Source: Christensenellales bacterium
GTDB lineage: Bacteria; Bacillota; Clostridia; Christensenellales; UBA3700
DNA length: 64,000 nucleotides
Direction of reading: 5' to 3'
Assembly (NCBI GenBank): GCA_051883455.1
Contig: JBJETT010000004.1
Span: 38,260 to 102,259 of the forward strand
The notes under the pieces were generated by a model. That model made no database searches. It was not told the origin of the DNA and saw nothing but the letters and a program-made list of their open reading frames with translations. The number at the start of each line of letters is the position of its first letter. Within the stretch, counting starts at the first letter, position 1. Positions 9,164-19,313 of this stretch are shown piece by piece. A program made the translations under genes and the position numbers.

Positions 9164-10717
9164 ATGGACAGACCGTTGGCATTGATATTTGATATAGGCA
9201 CTCAATCAACCAGAGGGTTGCTATTTGACAAACAAGGAAATCTCGTACATAAATCGCAAATTTCCGCAGATTTTTTTGTATTGGGAGAAGACGGCAGAGC
9301 AGAAAAGGACACGCTCAGTCTATACGACGGCGTAGTCAAGGTTTGTGAGCAAATTAGGAAGGACGCGCCTAAGCTGTTAGACGACGTCGTTGCCATCAGC
9401 GTCACGTCTATCCGCAACACGACGGTCTTTTTGGACGAGGAGGGCAATCCAACACGCAATACGATATTGTGGCTGGACAAGCGAGAGGTAGATTGTCCCG
9501 ACCCACTTCCCACATTCAATAGATTTTTGTACTTTTTGGTAGGCATGAGCGAGAGCGTAAGGGTATCTCGCAAGACCTCATACACCAACTGGGTTAGGGT
9601 CAACCAACCCGATATTTGGGCAAAGACTGCCAAGGTCGTCGTACCGTCCACCTACGTCAACTTCCGCCTTACGGGCAATCTAGTCGAGAGCAACGCGGGC
9701 ATTGCGTGCAAAATCCCTTTTGATTACAAAAAGCGCTGTTGGCAGACCAAACACGGCTTGACTTATCCCGTTTTCGGCACGCCGATTGACAAAATGTGCG
9801 ACTTGGTCAACCCGGGCGAGATTTTGGGATACATAACCGAGCAATGTAGCAAGGAGACGGGACTCAAACAAGGACTACCCGTCGTAGCTTCGGGCACTGA
9901 CAAGGGCTGTGAATCTCTCGGTGTGGGAGCGGTAACATCCAACGTAGCTTCAATCAGTCTAGGCACGGCTTCGTCGGTAGAGATTTGCACCGACAAATAC
10001 GTCGAACCCGAGGCGTTTATGCCGGCGTATCCTTCTGTGGTAATGGGCAAGTGGAACCCCGAAATTCAAATATTTAGAGGCTTTTGGATGGTAAGTTGGT
10101 TTAGAGAACAATTTGCCCTCTACGAACAAAAGGAAGCCGAGGCTACGGGCGAAAAGGTCGAGCTTATTTTGGATAAAAAGCTATCCAAAGTGCCGGTCGG
10201 CTCGCACGGACTTATATTGCAACCTTTTTGGGGACCGGGACTCAAAAACCCCGAAGCCAAGGGCTCGATTATAGGCTTTACCGACGTGCACGATAGAGAT
10301 TATATGTATCGTGCCATAATAGAGGGCTTGTGCTACGGTTTGTTGGACGGGCTCAACAACATGCAAGCGCGTGCCAGAATTCAAGTAGATAGAGTAGGCG
10401 TGTCGGGCGGTGGTTCGCAAAGCGACGTTATTTGCCAAATTTTGTCCGACGTAGTAGGCAAGCCCGTCTATCGTGTGCAAACTCACGAAACGAGTGGACT
10501 AGGTGCCGCTATGATTAGCTTTGTCGGGGTCAATCAGTTTGATAATTTGGACGAGGCTCTCAAGTCTATGCGTCACGTCAAGGACGAATTTGTTCCTAAC
10601 TCGGCGGACCACAAAATCTATCATCAATACTACAATAGGGTGTATAGAAGAATGTATCGCTATATGCGTCCGTTGTACGACGAGCTCTACGACATACTGG
10701 GCGAAAAGCGCAAATAA
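9164..10717 (+). CDS. FGGY-family carbohydrate kinase
   Basis: N-terminal LIFDIGTQSTRG and C-terminal GVSGGGSQSD motifs; 517 aa. Confidence 0.75.
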   Translation: MDRPLALIFDIGTQSTRGLLFDKQGNLVHKSQISADFFVLGEDGRAEKDTLSLYDGVVKVCEQIRKDAPKLLDDVVAISVTSIRNTTVFLDEEGNPTRNTILWLDKREVDCPDPLPTFNRFLYFLVGMSESVRVSRKTSYTNWVRVNQPDIWAKTAKVVVPSTYVNFRLTGNLVESNAGIACKIPFDYKKRCWQTKHGLTYPVFGTPIDKMCDLVNPGEILGYITEQCSKETGLKQGLPVVASGTDKGCESLGVGAVTSNVASISLGTASSVEICTDKYVEPEAFMPAYPSVVMGKWNPEIQIFRGFWMVSWFREQFALYEQKEAEATGEKVELILDKKLSKVPVGSHGLILQPFWGPGLKNPEAKGSIIGFTDVHDRDYMYRAIIEGLCYGLLDGLNNMQARARIQVDRVGVSGGGSQSDVICQILSDVVGKPVYRVQTHETSGLGAAMISFVGVNQFDNLDEALKSMRHVKDEFVPNSADHKIYHQYYNRVYRRMYRYMRPLYDELYDILGEKRK

Positions 10718-10778
10718 ATATGCAACTGCACACGGCGCGTTGCATTGTATAATAAAGAACAACTAATATGGAGAAAAT

Positions 10779-11369
10779 ATGCCATTTGTAGATAGGTTCG
10801 ATTGGGATTTTGGTAAGATAGGCATAGATGTCGTTGAAGGCTTTGAGCCTCCTAAAGAGATAAAAGACGGATTATTTGTCATTCAAAGATGGATATGCGA
10901 GTGCACTTTTGTAGGTGAAATGAAGGACGGCTTGCCCAACGGCAAAGGTAGAGTTACCGATTGCGGACACGAATGCCAAAATGACTCAGGAGAGGAGTAT
11001 TATGGCAATGACGAATTCGTAGGACAATACGTGGACGGCAAGCGAGAGGGTTACGGAGAGTATACTTTTGCTAGTGGCGATATAGTCAAGGGATATTGGC
11101 AAAACGGAAAATTGCAAAGCGGAGAATACTATTTTCTTGGTTCGCATGACAAATTGGGATACAAATACGTAGGCAGTTTTATCCAAAGCGAGCAGTACGT
11201 TTTCGTGCCCGATGACAACGCAACAATAATTTACGACGACCAAAGCGTATATCAAGGCGATATCAAGGGAGATTGGCGCAATATCAAAAAGCACGGAATA
11301 GGAAAACTTGTCGACTGCAACGGCGAAGAAAAGGACGGCTATTGGGAAGACGACGAATTTTTCAGTTGA
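10779..11369 (+). CDS. MORN-repeat protein
   Basis: Repeats of the Y.G....G...G.G type, e.g. GQYVDGKREGYGEYTFASGDIVKGYWQNGKLQ. RBS GGAG. Confidence 0.6.
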   Translation: MPFVDRFDWDFGKIGIDVVEGFEPPKEIKDGLFVIQRWICECTFVGEMKDGLPNGKGRVTDCGHECQNDSGEEYYGNDEFVGQYVDGKREGYGEYTFASGDIVKGYWQNGKLQSGEYYFLGSHDKLGYKYVGSFIQSEQYVFVPDDNATIIYDDQSVYQGDIKGDWRNIKKHGIGKLVDCNGEEKDGYWEDDEFFS

Positions 11370-11448
11370 ATTATTAGGTTTGCATTATTAGCCCGATATA
11401 GCATATAAACAAAAATAAAAGTTAATAGTTCAAAAGAGTAAATAAAAA

Positions 11449-11478
11449 ATCCACCTACTTAGTCGTAGGTGGATTTTT
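11449..11478. terminator. Bidirectional rho-independent terminator
   Basis: ATCCACCTAC-ttagtc-GTAGGTGGAT flanked by an A-run and a T-run. Lies between convergent genes. Confidence 0.85.
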
Positions 11479-11509
11479 CGGAGATATAAACACAAACGAA
11501 AAACGTGGT

Positions 11510-11788
11510 TTAGTCTAGATTGCCTTCTTTTGCCGTTTCTTCATTGTAAGCGGCAATAATAGCTTCCGTAAAGATAGCTCTTGTTTCGCTATTGATAGGG
11601 TGAACTATGTCCTTAAACTCGCCGTCAGGGGTCTTTTTGCTAGGCATAGCCACGAATATCCCTTCCGTGCCCATAATAATCTTGATATCGTGCACGGCAA
11701 AACAATCGTCTATCACCACGGAGGCAACGCCTTTGAGTTTGGAGTCGCTGTTGTTGATGAGTCTTACTCTAACGTCACTTATTCTCAT
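11510..11788 (-). CDS. spoVG: Septation/sporulation regulator SpoVG
   Basis: MRISDVRVRLINN...GVASVVIDDCFAVHDIKII...FVAMPS...HPIN matches SpoVG. Start trimmed to ATG 11788 behind an AGGTGA RBS. Confidence 0.9.
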   Translation of the reverse strand: MRISDVRVRLINNSDSKLKGVASVVIDDCFAVHDIKIIMGTEGIFVAMPSKKTPDGEFKDIVHPINSETRAIFTEAIIAAYNEETAKEGNLD

Positions 11789-11901
11789 ATTTTCACCTCG
11801 CATATTTTGGATAATATAATTATACACCAATTTTTTTCGTTTGTCTATACCCAAATTTTTGCAGAGAGAACATAAGGCTATATGGTTGCATATATTGTAA
11901 T

Positions 11902-13242
11902 ATGTTGACTTTTGACGAAATAGGCAAGATACATTTTGTCGGCGTATGCGGGGCAAGCCTCAGCGTACTGGCAACGCTATGTTTGGATATGGGGCTTAGC
12001 GTAAGCGGAAGCGACTTGAGAGATTGCGCTCAAATGGACTTTTTGAGAGAGCGAGGGGTAGATTGCGTGGTTGGTCATGACCCGTCCGCAATCCAAGACG
12101 CCGACCTCGTGGTATATAGCTCGGCAATAGGCATTGACGATCAAGAATTGGTTTTTGCACGCAAGATAGCTCTGCCTTGTCTAGAGAGGAAGGACTTTTT
12201 ACCTTTGATAGCGGGGCAATTTGACAAGACTATCAGCATATCGGGCAGTCACGGCAAAACCACCACCTCGTTGATGATAGAGCACGTAATGCTCGAGCTA
12301 GGTTGCAAGTTCGCCTCGCATATCGGTGGGCAAGCGGTTGACGGCTCGCCTTCGCCCGTCTATACCGGCAACGAATATTTTTTGAGCGAAGCTTGCGAAT
12401 ATCGTCGCAGTTTTTTGTCTTTTGACAGCTGGTTAGGGGTCATCACGTCTATAGACTACGACCACCCCGACACTTATAGCGACGAGGAGCAATACGCAGA
12501 GGCGTTTGAACAATATCGCAAGCGTTGCGCAAGGTGTATCACCACTCAAGATTGCGTAGATAAGCTATCGTCGCGTAGCAACCTCGTGACGTGCGGTTTT
12601 TTGCCGTCGTGCGATTATTACGCTTGCAATCTACGGCAAGATAGAGGCAAATTTTCCTATACGCTAGTTCACGGCTCGCAGTCGGTAGTCGTCAAGCTTG
12701 CGGTGGTAGGCAGACACAACGTAATCAACAGCATGCTTGCCGTAGCCGTAGCGCACAATCTAGGGTTTTCTCTAGATAGCGTATGTGAGGCTCTTAGCGA
12801 CTTTGAGGGCGTCAAGAGAAGAATGGAATGCAAGGGTAAGACGGAGAGGGGAGCAAGGGTAATCGTGGACTACGCTCATCACCCTACCGAAATCAAGATG
12901 GCAATCGACACTGCGTTGATGATGACTCGTGGCAAAATATGGGTGGTATTTCAACCGCACACCTATTCTCGAACGGCGGTTTTGCTCGATAGTTTCGTAG
13001 ATAGCTTTTATTGGTGTGACGAGCTCATCATTGCGCCAACCTATTCGGCACGAGAGAGCAAGAGCGACGGAGCCGACGCCTTCGATTTGTATTGCGCCTT
13101 GGTGGAACGTGGCAAGATGGCATGTTATATCGACGACGCCAAAAAAATAGCCGATTATCTCACGAAATCGGCAGAAAGTAACGATTTGATATTGATTTTA
13201 GGGGCAGGGGATATTGCCGACCTTGCCACGCTATTGGTTTAG
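11902..13242 (+). CDS. murC: UDP-N-acetylmuramate--L-alanine ligase
   Basis: HFVGVCGASLS and GSHGKTTT motifs, Mur ligase length, C-terminal ILGAGDI. Confidence 0.85.
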   Translation: MLTFDEIGKIHFVGVCGASLSVLATLCLDMGLSVSGSDLRDCAQMDFLRERGVDCVVGHDPSAIQDADLVVYSSAIGIDDQELVFARKIALPCLERKDFLPLIAGQFDKTISISGSHGKTTTSLMIEHVMLELGCKFASHIGGQAVDGSPSPVYTGNEYFLSEACEYRRSFLSFDSWLGVITSIDYDHPDTYSDEEQYAEAFEQYRKRCARCITTQDCVDKLSSRSNLVTCGFLPSCDYYACNLRQDRGKFSYTLVHGSQSVVVKLAVVGRHNVINSMLAVAVAHNLGFSLDSVCEALSDFEGVKRRMECKGKTERGARVIVDYAHHPTEIKMAIDTALMMTRGKIWVVFQPHTYSRTAVLLDSFVDSFYWCDELIIAPTYSARESKSDGADAFDLYCALVERGKMACYIDDAKKIADYLTKSAESNDLILILGAGDIADLATLLV

Positions 13243-14204
13243 CAACGTATCACCGTCTTGTAATACATAGGCTTGGAAGAGAGCTCCTCCAACAATTCTT
13301 TGGTTTGACTGATGTCCGCCACGCTGTCTACTAAGTTGTCGACCTTGACAATCTCGGTTGCCAGCAAATTGACGGCAGTTTCCAATTCTCCGTATCCGTT
13401 GTCCAATCCGTATACCGTGAGGTTGCGGGTGATGATAGGACTAAAGTCGCCTTGAAGATTGCCAAGCGAAGGATTGAAGCCGTATAGACCCACTTTGCCG
13501 TCTTGCGCAAGGTTGTATAGCACGTTGCCAACGCTAGCGAATGCGTCGGTATCTATGACGAGATAGTCAGCCATTTTGCCCGAAGTAATCTCCTTGAGCT
13601 TGTCTGTCAAGTCCTCTTGCGACAGGTCGATTTGATAATAAATGCCCATATCGCTTGCCATCTCTAAGCGAGCCGAGTCGTCGTCTACGATGATAGGAAT
13701 AGCTTGATAATATACGCACAGTTGAGCAAAGATAAGGTTGATTGCACTAGCGCCGTATATCAACACGTATTGAGTTTTTTGTATATTTAGCTTCTCGTGC
13801 ATTGCGATAGTGAGGGCAATGTCTTCGATAAAAGTGATAGCCTCGTCGGTCATACCTTCCGGCATAGTGTAGATATCGCCGAGAGCGACGTTGCAGTAGT
13901 CGCTGAGATAACCGTCGATATTTTGACCGTGGATTTTGATAGAGTCGTTGACCCCCTTAGAATATGGCGACAACATAACGCGTTGACCCTTTTTGAGAGT
14001 AATGTCGTTGCTTTCGCTGATAAGTCCAACGGCGATACGACAAGGCGAGAGAGGATTAGCGGGATTGCTATTATAGAGCGCAATATCGCTGGCACATACG
14101 CCCGCGCGGGTGACCTTTACTTTAGCAAATTCTTTGCTATCGAGCGCTTCCGCCGATTCCACCTCTTCGATATTGCGTGCCGAATTGATTTTCCAAGATT
14201 TCAT
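13239..14204 (-). CDS. Medium-chain dehydrogenase/reductase (zinc-ADH-like) family protein
   Basis: GVCASDIALY near the N-terminus and a Rossmann region VLIYGASAINL. Start trimmed to ATG 14204 after a GGGGGAG RBS. Confidence 0.6.
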   Translation of the reverse strand: MKSWKINSARNIEEVESAEALDSKEFAKVKVTRAGVCASDIALYNSNPANPLSPCRIAVGLISESNDITLKKGQRVMLSPYSKGVNDSIKIHGQNIDGYLSDYCNVALGDIYTMPEGMTDEAITFIEDIALTIAMHEKLNIQKTQYVLIYGASAINLIFAQLCVYYQAIPIIVDDDSARLEMASDMGIYYQIDLSQEDLTDKLKEITSGKMADYLVIDTDAFASVGNVLYNLAQDGKVGLYGFNPSLGNLQGDFSPIITRNLTVYGLDNGYGELETAVNLLATEIVKVDNLVDSVADISQTKELLEELSSKPMYYKTVIRC

Positions 14205-14467
14205 AGCTCCCCCCAAATATGTCAAGCGGTATGATTATAGCACACTCAATATCAAAAAGCAATCATAAGTGGCTCAAACAAAAATATAAAACGAAAATTT
14301 TTGTCGCAAGTTTTTTTGCAATGATTGGGTCAAAACTTTGCTAAAAATTGCCAAAATCGCCTCAATCACTCAAAAACCTATCAAATCTTAGCTTATAGTG
14401 GCGATATTTTGAGTTTTGAGCCAAAAATTATCTTCAACAATTTTGATAAATAAACTTATTATAATGC

Positions 14468-14496
14468 TTGACTTAAAAATACTTATTGTGTATAAT
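14468..14496 (+). promoter_or_regulatory. Sigma-A-type promoter upstream of rpmE
   Basis: TTGACT-17 nt-TATAAT. Confidence 0.6.
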
Positions 14497-14529
14497 TCTA
14501 AAAGAAATATAGGAATGTGAGGTGATATT

Positions 14530-14733
14530 ATGAACGAGAAGATTCAACCTGCATATCATGATGTTACAATCGAATGTCAATGCGGCGCTAAGTTCGTTTG
14601 CGGCTCGACAAAAGAAGGGGACGTTATCAAGGTAGAAGTTTGTAGCAAATGCCATCCTTATTATACAGGAAAACAAAAACTTGTAGACACGGGCGGTAGA
14701 GTGGATAAGTTCAAGAAGCGTTACAATCTGTAA
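14530..14733 (+). CDS. rpmE: 50S ribosomal protein L31, Cys-containing (zinc) type
   Basis: 67 aa with CQCG...[13 protein letters not shown]...[10 protein letters not shown]. Confidence 0.95.
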   Translation: MNEKIQPAYHDVTIECQCGAKFVCGSTKEGDVIKVEVCSKCHPYYTGKQKLVDTGGRVDKFKKRYNL

Positions 14734-14791
14734 TATCCGACGTAGTGCAAGAGCAATCTTGCACTATTTTTTTAATAACTAATAGGAAAGT

Positions 14792-16603
14792 ATGAGCAGA
14801 AAAAAGTGTACCTCAATAGGCGGTCAAGCGGTCATCGAAGGCGTTATGATGCGTGGCAAGTCGAGTATGGCTACCGCCGTAAGAGACGAAAAGGGCAATA
14901 TCGTAGTAGAGAGCAAGTATATCACGCCCGTGTCCAAGAAAAATTTTTTGTTCCGCACTCCCTTTTTGAGAGGAATATTCAACTTTATCGACACGATGGT
15001 GCAAGGTATGGGCACTCTCATGCGTTCGGGCGAAGTCTTCGAAGGAGAAGCCGAGCCCGGAAAAGTAGAGAAGTGGTTTGCCTCTAAGAAGATAAATTTT
15101 TACAACCTCGTTATGGCGTTTTCCGTCATAATGGGGCTTGCTTTGTCTATCGGCTTATTTTTCTTTTTGCCACAACTCATCACTAGCGGAATAGTCGCTC
15201 TTGCCAAGATTGATTTGCAAAACGCTAGCATCGGACTGCAGATTGCATTCAACTTCGTAGAGGGCTTAGTGAGAATATTGATATTCGTAGGATATATCGC
15301 ACTCACTTCGCTGATGAAGGACGTGAGAAGGACTTATATGTATCACGGCGCTGAGCACAAGACGATTAGCTGTTACGAAAACGACTTAGAACTTACCGTA
15401 GACAACGCTCGCAATATGACTCGTATCCACGATAGATGCGGTACGACCTTTATGTTTATCGTAATGATAGTCAGCGTACTCGTATTCTCGCTTACGGGCT
15501 GGCAGGGCGACAATCTTTTCGTAAGATTTGCCATAAGACTTGCACTTTTGCCTGTCGTATCGGGCGTTAGTTACGAGCTTCTAAAACTCTTTGCCAAATA
15601 CGATAACGCGTTGGTAAGATTTTTCAAACTGCCGGGACTTTTACTTCAAAAGCTCACTACCAAAGAGCCAACCGACGATATGTTAGAGGTGGCAATAGTT
15701 GCATTCAAGACGGTGCTGGCAATGGACGCCGACAACACGATACCTACCCAAAGCTTCGACACCAACAAGCCTTATAAGAATGCAAGACAAGAGCTCGACA
15801 AGGTGCTTGACAAGGCAGGTTGCGACAAGTCCGACGGCGATTGGATAATGTGTGAGGTGTTAGGCGTTGGACGAGAACAACTAGCTAGCGTTACGCATAT
15901 TCGCAGTAGCAAGCTTGACCAAGCAATGCAATATGCCAATAAGGTCGCTGACGGTATGCCGCTATGGAAGGCAATCGGCAAGGCTAATTTTTACGGCTAC
16001 GATATCGTCGTCAACGAGGACGTTTTGTGTCCTAGACCCGAGACGGAATATCTCGCCGAGCAAGTTATCAAGCTGACGAGTAAGGATAGCAAAGTGCTAG
16101 ATATGTGCACGGGAAGCGGTTGTATCGCCATAGCCGTAGCCAAAGAGAGCGGAGCACACGTCGTGGGAGTGGATATCTCCGATAAAGCTTTGGCGGTAGC
16201 CAAAGAAAACGTTGCGCTCAACGGCGTTGAGGAGCAAGTTACGCTCGTAGAGAGTGACTTTTGGGATAAGGTCGAGGACAAGTTTGACGTTATTGTATCC
16301 AATCCGCCTTATATCAAGACGGAGGATATAATCTTACTTGACGTCAACGTGCGAGATCATGATCCGATTATTGCACTGGACGGCGGAGAAGACGGCTTGG
16401 ATTGCTATCGCAAGATAATTCCTTATGCAAGCGAATATCTCAACGATGGCGGTAGTTTGTGTTTGGAGTGCGGTATGGGACAAGCCGAGCAAATAGTCGC
16501 TATGATGAGCGAGCGAGGTTACGATTGCAATATCGTCAAAGATTTGGAGGGCGTCGACCGCATAGTCGTCGGCAAAAAGGTGGATAAATGTTTGAAAGAC
16601 TAA
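14792..16603 (+). CDS. prmC: Fusion protein: DUF1385 membrane domain plus release-factor glutamine N5-methyltransferase PrmC
   Basis: N-terminal IGGQAVIEGVMMRG and HGAEHK (DUF1385) with TM segments. C-terminal half has VLCPRPETE, LDMCTGSGCIAI and NPPY (PrmC). One uninterrupted 603-aa frame. Confidence 0.8.
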   Translation: MSRKKCTSIGGQAVIEGVMMRGKSSMATAVRDEKGNIVVESKYITPVSKKNFLFRTPFLRGIFNFIDTMVQGMGTLMRSGEVFEGEAEPGKVEKWFASKKINFYNLVMAFSVIMGLALSIGLFFFLPQLITSGIVALAKIDLQNASIGLQIAFNFVEGLVRILIFVGYIALTSLMKDVRRTYMYHGAEHKTISCYENDLELTVDNARNMTRIHDRCGTTFMFIVMIVSVLVFSLTGWQGDNLFVRFAIRLALLPVVSGVSYELLKLFAKYDNALVRFFKLPGLLLQKLTTKEPTDDMLEVAIVAFKTVLAMDADNTIPTQSFDTNKPYKNARQELDKVLDKAGCDKSDGDWIMCEVLGVGREQLASVTHIRSSKLDQAMQYANKVADGMPLWKAIGKANFYGYDIVVNEDVLCPRPETEYLAEQVIKLTSKDSKVLDMCTGSGCIAIAVAKESGAHVVGVDISDKALAVAKENVALNGVEEQVTLVESDFWDKVEDKFDVIVSNPPYIKTEDIILLDVNVRDHDPIIALDGGEDGLDCYRKIIPYASEYLNDGGSLCLECGMGQAEQIVAMMSERGYDCNIVKDLEGVDRIVVGKKVDKCLKD

Positions 16604-17661
16604 AAAAGATGTTGGAGAGATTTGAAAAACTGACTCAGCTCATCTCCGACCCGGCGATAATTGCCGATCAAGCTAGGTGGCAGAAACTTTGCAAAGAGCA
16701 CAGCGACCTCACTCGCCCCGTAGAATTGTACAAGAAGTATCTTGCTCTTACGGCAACGATTGAGGAATGCAAAGAGATTATCGACGACGGTAGCGACAGA
16801 GAGATGGTTATGCTTGCCAAAGAAGAGCTGTCGCAAGCAAACAAGGACGTAGAAGCTCTAATCGGCGAAATCAAAATTGCACTATTGCCCGTTGACCCCA
16901 ACGACGACAAAAACGTCATCATCGAAGTCAGAGCGGGTGCGGGCGGAGAAGAGGCAGGCTTGTTCGGCGCGCAAATCGTGCGTATGTATATGCGTTACGC
17001 CGAGCGTATGAGGTGGAAAGTTCAAGAGATTGATATGAACTACACCGAGCTTGGCGGAGCCAAAGAAGTAACCTTTATGATAAGTGGCGTAGGAGCGTTT
17101 AGCAAGCTCAAATTCGAGAGCGGAGTACACCGCGTACAACGCGTGCCCGAGACTGAGTCGCAAGGTAGAGTGCACACCTCTACTGTGACGGTTGCGGTAT
17201 TGCCGGAGGTTGAGAATATCGACATCGAGATACTCGACAAGGACCTCAAAATCGACACTTACCGCAGCGGCGGAGCGGGCGGACAGCACGTCAATAAGAC
17301 GGATAGCGCGGTGCGTATGACTCACTTGCCTACGGGTATAGTGGTGACCAGCCAAGACGAGCGTAGCCAAATCAAAAACCGCGAAAGGGCAATGACGGTG
17401 CTCAAGAGTCGTCTATACGAATACTATCAAAGCAAGGCGGACAGCGAGTACGCCGCCAACCGCAAGTCGCAGATAGGTACGGGTGACAGAAGCGAGAAGA
17501 TAAGGACTTACAACTTTCCTCAAAACCGCGTCACCGACCATAGAATAGGCTTTACGATGTACAATCTACTCGACTTTATGGACGGAGACTTGTTCGAGAT
17601 GATAGACGCGCTTCAACTTGCCAACCAAAATCAACTGTTGTCGCAAGTTGAGAACGATTGA
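16588..17661 (+). CDS. prfA: Peptide chain release factor 1
   Basis: GGAGGQHVNKTDSAVR (GGQ) and a PET-type tripeptide region (RVPETESQGRVHTS); 357 aa. Confidence 0.95.
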   Translation: MFERLKKMLERFEKLTQLISDPAIIADQARWQKLCKEHSDLTRPVELYKKYLALTATIEECKEIIDDGSDREMVMLAKEELSQANKDVEALIGEIKIALLPVDPNDDKNVIIEVRAGAGGEEAGLFGAQIVRMYMRYAERMRWKVQEIDMNYTELGGAKEVTFMISGVGAFSKLKFESGVHRVQRVPETESQGRVHTSTVTVAVLPEVENIDIEILDKDLKIDTYRSGGAGGQHVNKTDSAVRMTHLPTGIVVTSQDERSQIKNRERAMTVLKSRLYEYYQSKADSEYAANRKSQIGTGDRSEKIRTYNFPQNRVTDHRIGFTMYNLLDFMDGDLFEMIDALQLANQNQLLSQVEND

Positions 17662-17708
17662 CATCTATCGCCATACAATCTATAATCAAAGCAATCAAGG
17701 AGAAATCT

Positions 17709-19193
17709 ATGCAATATATCAGTACCAGAAACAAACAGCTCAAGTGCTCGTCCGCCGAGGCAATCGTCAAAGGCTTAGCAGAGGACGGGGGACTATTCGT
17801 ACCCGAGAGCATACCTCAACTCACCCAAGAGGATTTTGACAAACTCATCGAGATGAGTTATCACGAGAGGGCAGCTTTCGTGTTGTCCAAGTTTTTAGAG
17901 GACTTTACCTATCAAGAGCTGCTTGACTACGCTACCCAAGCCTATGGTAGATTTTACGGCGACGACCCATGTCCGCTCGTCAACGTAGACGACAACCTCT
18001 ACGTTTTGGAATTGTGGCACGGACCTACTTGCGCCTTCAAGGATATGGCTCTCACCATGCTGCCACACCTATTGTCGGGTGCGAGAAAGAAGGTGGGCGA
18101 GAGTGACAAAACTCTAATTCTCGTAGCAACTTCGGGCGATACTGGCAAGGCTGCACTCGAGGGCTTCAAGGACGTGGAAGGTACTGATATTATAGTATTC
18201 TATCCTTCCGACGGCGTCAGCGATATGCAAAAGCTTCAAATGATGACCCAAGAGGGTAGCAACGTCTACGTATGCGCTATCGAGGGCAACTTCGACGATG
18301 CCCAATCGGCAGTCAAGCGCATCTTTGCAGACCCCGATATGGCATCCAAGCTTGCGGAGGCGGGCTACAAACTATCTTCCGCCAACTCTATCAACTGGGG
18401 ACGTCTTGCACCACAAATTGCCTACTATGTATCGAGTTATTGCGACCTTTTGTCTAGCGGTCAAATCGAGATGGGCGACAAAGTCAACTTCGTCGTACCA
18501 AGCGGCAACTTCGGCAATATCCTCGCGGCTTACTACGCATCTCTTATGGGCGTAGGGGTAGGCAAACTCGTATGCGCGAGCAACGTCAACAACGTACTAA
18601 CCGACTTTTTCAAAACGGGAGAATACGATATCAATCGTCCTTTCATCAAGACTATGAGTCCTTCTATGGATATACTCATTTCTTCCAACTTAGAGAGATT
18701 GCTCTTTGAGTTTTCGGGCAGGGACGACGCTCTCATTGCGGAGAGAATGGCAAGCCTCAAGAGCGAGGGCAAATATAGCGTGACGGCAGAGGAACTGAGC
18801 AAGCTTAACGAAGTCTTCGCTGTAGGATACGCTACCGAAGAGGAGACAGCCGACACGATAGACAGCACCTACGACCTCTATGACTATCTTATGGACACCC
18901 ACACGGGCGTGGCAATGAGCGTGTACAACGATTACGTAGCCGAGAGCGACGACGATAGACCGAGCGTGGTCGTATCCACCGCCAACGCGTACAAGTTCCC
19001 TTGCGACGTATATCGCAGCCTCACGGGCGATGAGATAGAGGACGCTTTCAAGGCTTCCAAAAAGCTCCACGGCTTTACGGGAGAGGAGATACCCGAGCCA
19101 CTTAGCAATCTTGACAAAAAGCAAGTTAGATTTACTAAGATAGTCGACAAAGCCGACATCGAAAGTGTGGTTTTGGAGTACGTAAAGCAATAA
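17709..19193 (+). CDS. thrC: Threonine synthase
   Basis: MQYISTRN start; CAFKDMAL PLP-lysine region. Start trimmed to ATG 17709 after a GGAG RBS. Confidence 0.85.
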   Translation: MQYISTRNKQLKCSSAEAIVKGLAEDGGLFVPESIPQLTQEDFDKLIEMSYHERAAFVLSKFLEDFTYQELLDYATQAYGRFYGDDPCPLVNVDDNLYVLELWHGPTCAFKDMALTMLPHLLSGARKKVGESDKTLILVATSGDTGKAALEGFKDVEGTDIIVFYPSDGVSDMQKLQMMTQEGSNVYVCAIEGNFDDAQSAVKRIFADPDMASKLAEAGYKLSSANSINWGRLAPQIAYYVSSYCDLLSSGQIEMGDKVNFVVPSGNFGNILAAYYASLMGVGVGKLVCASNVNNVLTDFFKTGEYDINRPFIKTMSPSMDILISSNLERLLFEFSGRDDALIAERMASLKSEGKYSVTAEELSKLNEVFAVGYATEEETADTIDSTYDLYDYLMDTHTGVAMSVYNDYVAESDDDRPSVVVSTANAYKFPCDVYRSLTGDEIEDAFKASKKLHGFTGEEIPEPLSNLDKKQVRFTKIVDKADIESVVLEYVKQ

Positions 19194-19313
19194 TTTGCCG
19201 ATTATTTGACGAAAAAATTACTCTAAGCAAGAGCGTATCGAGCGATATGCTCTTTACTTTTTATATAATATATGTTATTATTTTTATAGTTTTAACAAAA
19301 AAGGAGACAATAT

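Noticed and set aside
19194-19313. T-box leader expected upstream of trpS
   Set aside because: The spacer is only 120 nt. It contains the thrC terminator-like hairpin and an AT-rich promoter region, with no AGAGA box, specifier loop or GGTGGTACCGCG-like T-box sequence.
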